A stretch of 47,764 nucleotides of DNA, the filler included, from Jimgerdemannia flammicorona (taxonomy: Eukaryota): assembly GCA_003990765.1 (NCBI GenBank). It is 2 parts of 2 records of this genome, joined end to end, with 100 filler letters (N's around TTAATTAATTAA, not from the genome) between each part and the next. Parts side by side here need not be neighbours in the genome. Positions count along the whole stretch, not along the records: positions 23,933 to 47,764 come from RBNJ01001057.1; 1 more part is not named here. One strand, written 5' to 3'. A model generated the notes under the pieces. It searched no databases, was not told the origin of the DNA, and saw only the letters and a program-made list of their open reading frames with translations. The first letter of the stretch is position 1; every line of letters starts with the position of its first letter. Made by a program: the position numbers and the translations under genes. Below are positions 47,282 through 47,764 of this stretch, piece by piece.

Positions 47282-47758
47282 TGTGACGGTACAGCCAGAT
47301 TTGGAAGAAGGAAATAGGGAATAGACACTTGATCGCACCCATTCCCAAAGTAGTATAGCATTATAGTTAGCAGTCCTCGATTTCAACATTGTCTAATTTC
47401 TTAGACATTGTCTAAATTTTAGACATTATCCAAATCGAATACCCCAATTTAGTATAGCATTTAGACATTGTCCAAATGTTTCGACAAAGTCCAAATGTCC
47501 CATTTATTACTTAGCCACCCTCTCATAGCTAGCAAACTTGTATAAATAACCCAGTATCTTCGAGTGAATAAACCTCAGATCGAAATAGTTCAAAGCAAAG
47601 AGATAGCAAAGGAACTAGTAAGCCTGCGGGCAGATACACTTCGAACTCACCCACCCTCTCCTGCAACTTCAAGAAGACTCTGCGAGAGTCAGAACAGTCA
47701 AGTTTTCAAGATACAGAAATCTGACATACTTTTAAGAGTAAGCGTCCGCTACGTTACA
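47282..47758 (+). repeat. 5' LTR of a second copy of the 895-2896 gypsy family
   Basis: Near-identical to 895-1352 and followed by ACTTGG (PBS start) at the window end. Confidence 0.92.
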
Positions 47759-47764
47759 ACTTGG

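Noticed and set aside
895..47758. One giant 47-kb LTR element bounded by the two matching LTRs and carrying host genes
   Set aside because: Both LTRs are followed by ACTTGG (PBS), so both are 5' LTRs. There is no PPT before 47282 and no matching TSD, and an assembly gap lies between them.

Overview
Eukaryotic, fungal-type DNA. The GC-rich genes with short GT-AG introns beside heavily mutated retroelements suggest an early-diverging, Mucoromycota-like fungus, but that is inference only. One compact CpG-rich gene island (~24.1-28.5 kb) holds the 3' end of a SMYD-type SET-domain gene, an intronless 808-aa mitochondrial-type PPR gene, and a 4-exon BCP1/BCCIP gene sharing a 172-bp divergent promoter with the PPR gene. 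Almost everything else is nested, decayed transposons: five or more Ty3/gypsy pieces (one chromovirus; two with dUTPase at different positions in the polyprotein), an internally deleted Ty1/copia, a full-length L1/Tx1-like LINE with a 13-bp TSD, a 2.3-kb TG..CA solo-LTR-like insertion carrying its own decayed ORFs, and three copies of a ~1.18-kb non-autonomous retroposon with a fixed 5' end and a conserved pseudoknot. Copy-to-copy comparisons show directional C>T/G>A hypermutation, with CpG lost first and then CpA/TpG>TpA, stopping sharply at the gene island. A scaffolding linker (N-TTAATTAATTAA-N) at 23.8-23.9 kb means the two halves may not be truly adjacent. All domain calls were made by reading motifs by eye through stop codons; no searches were run.
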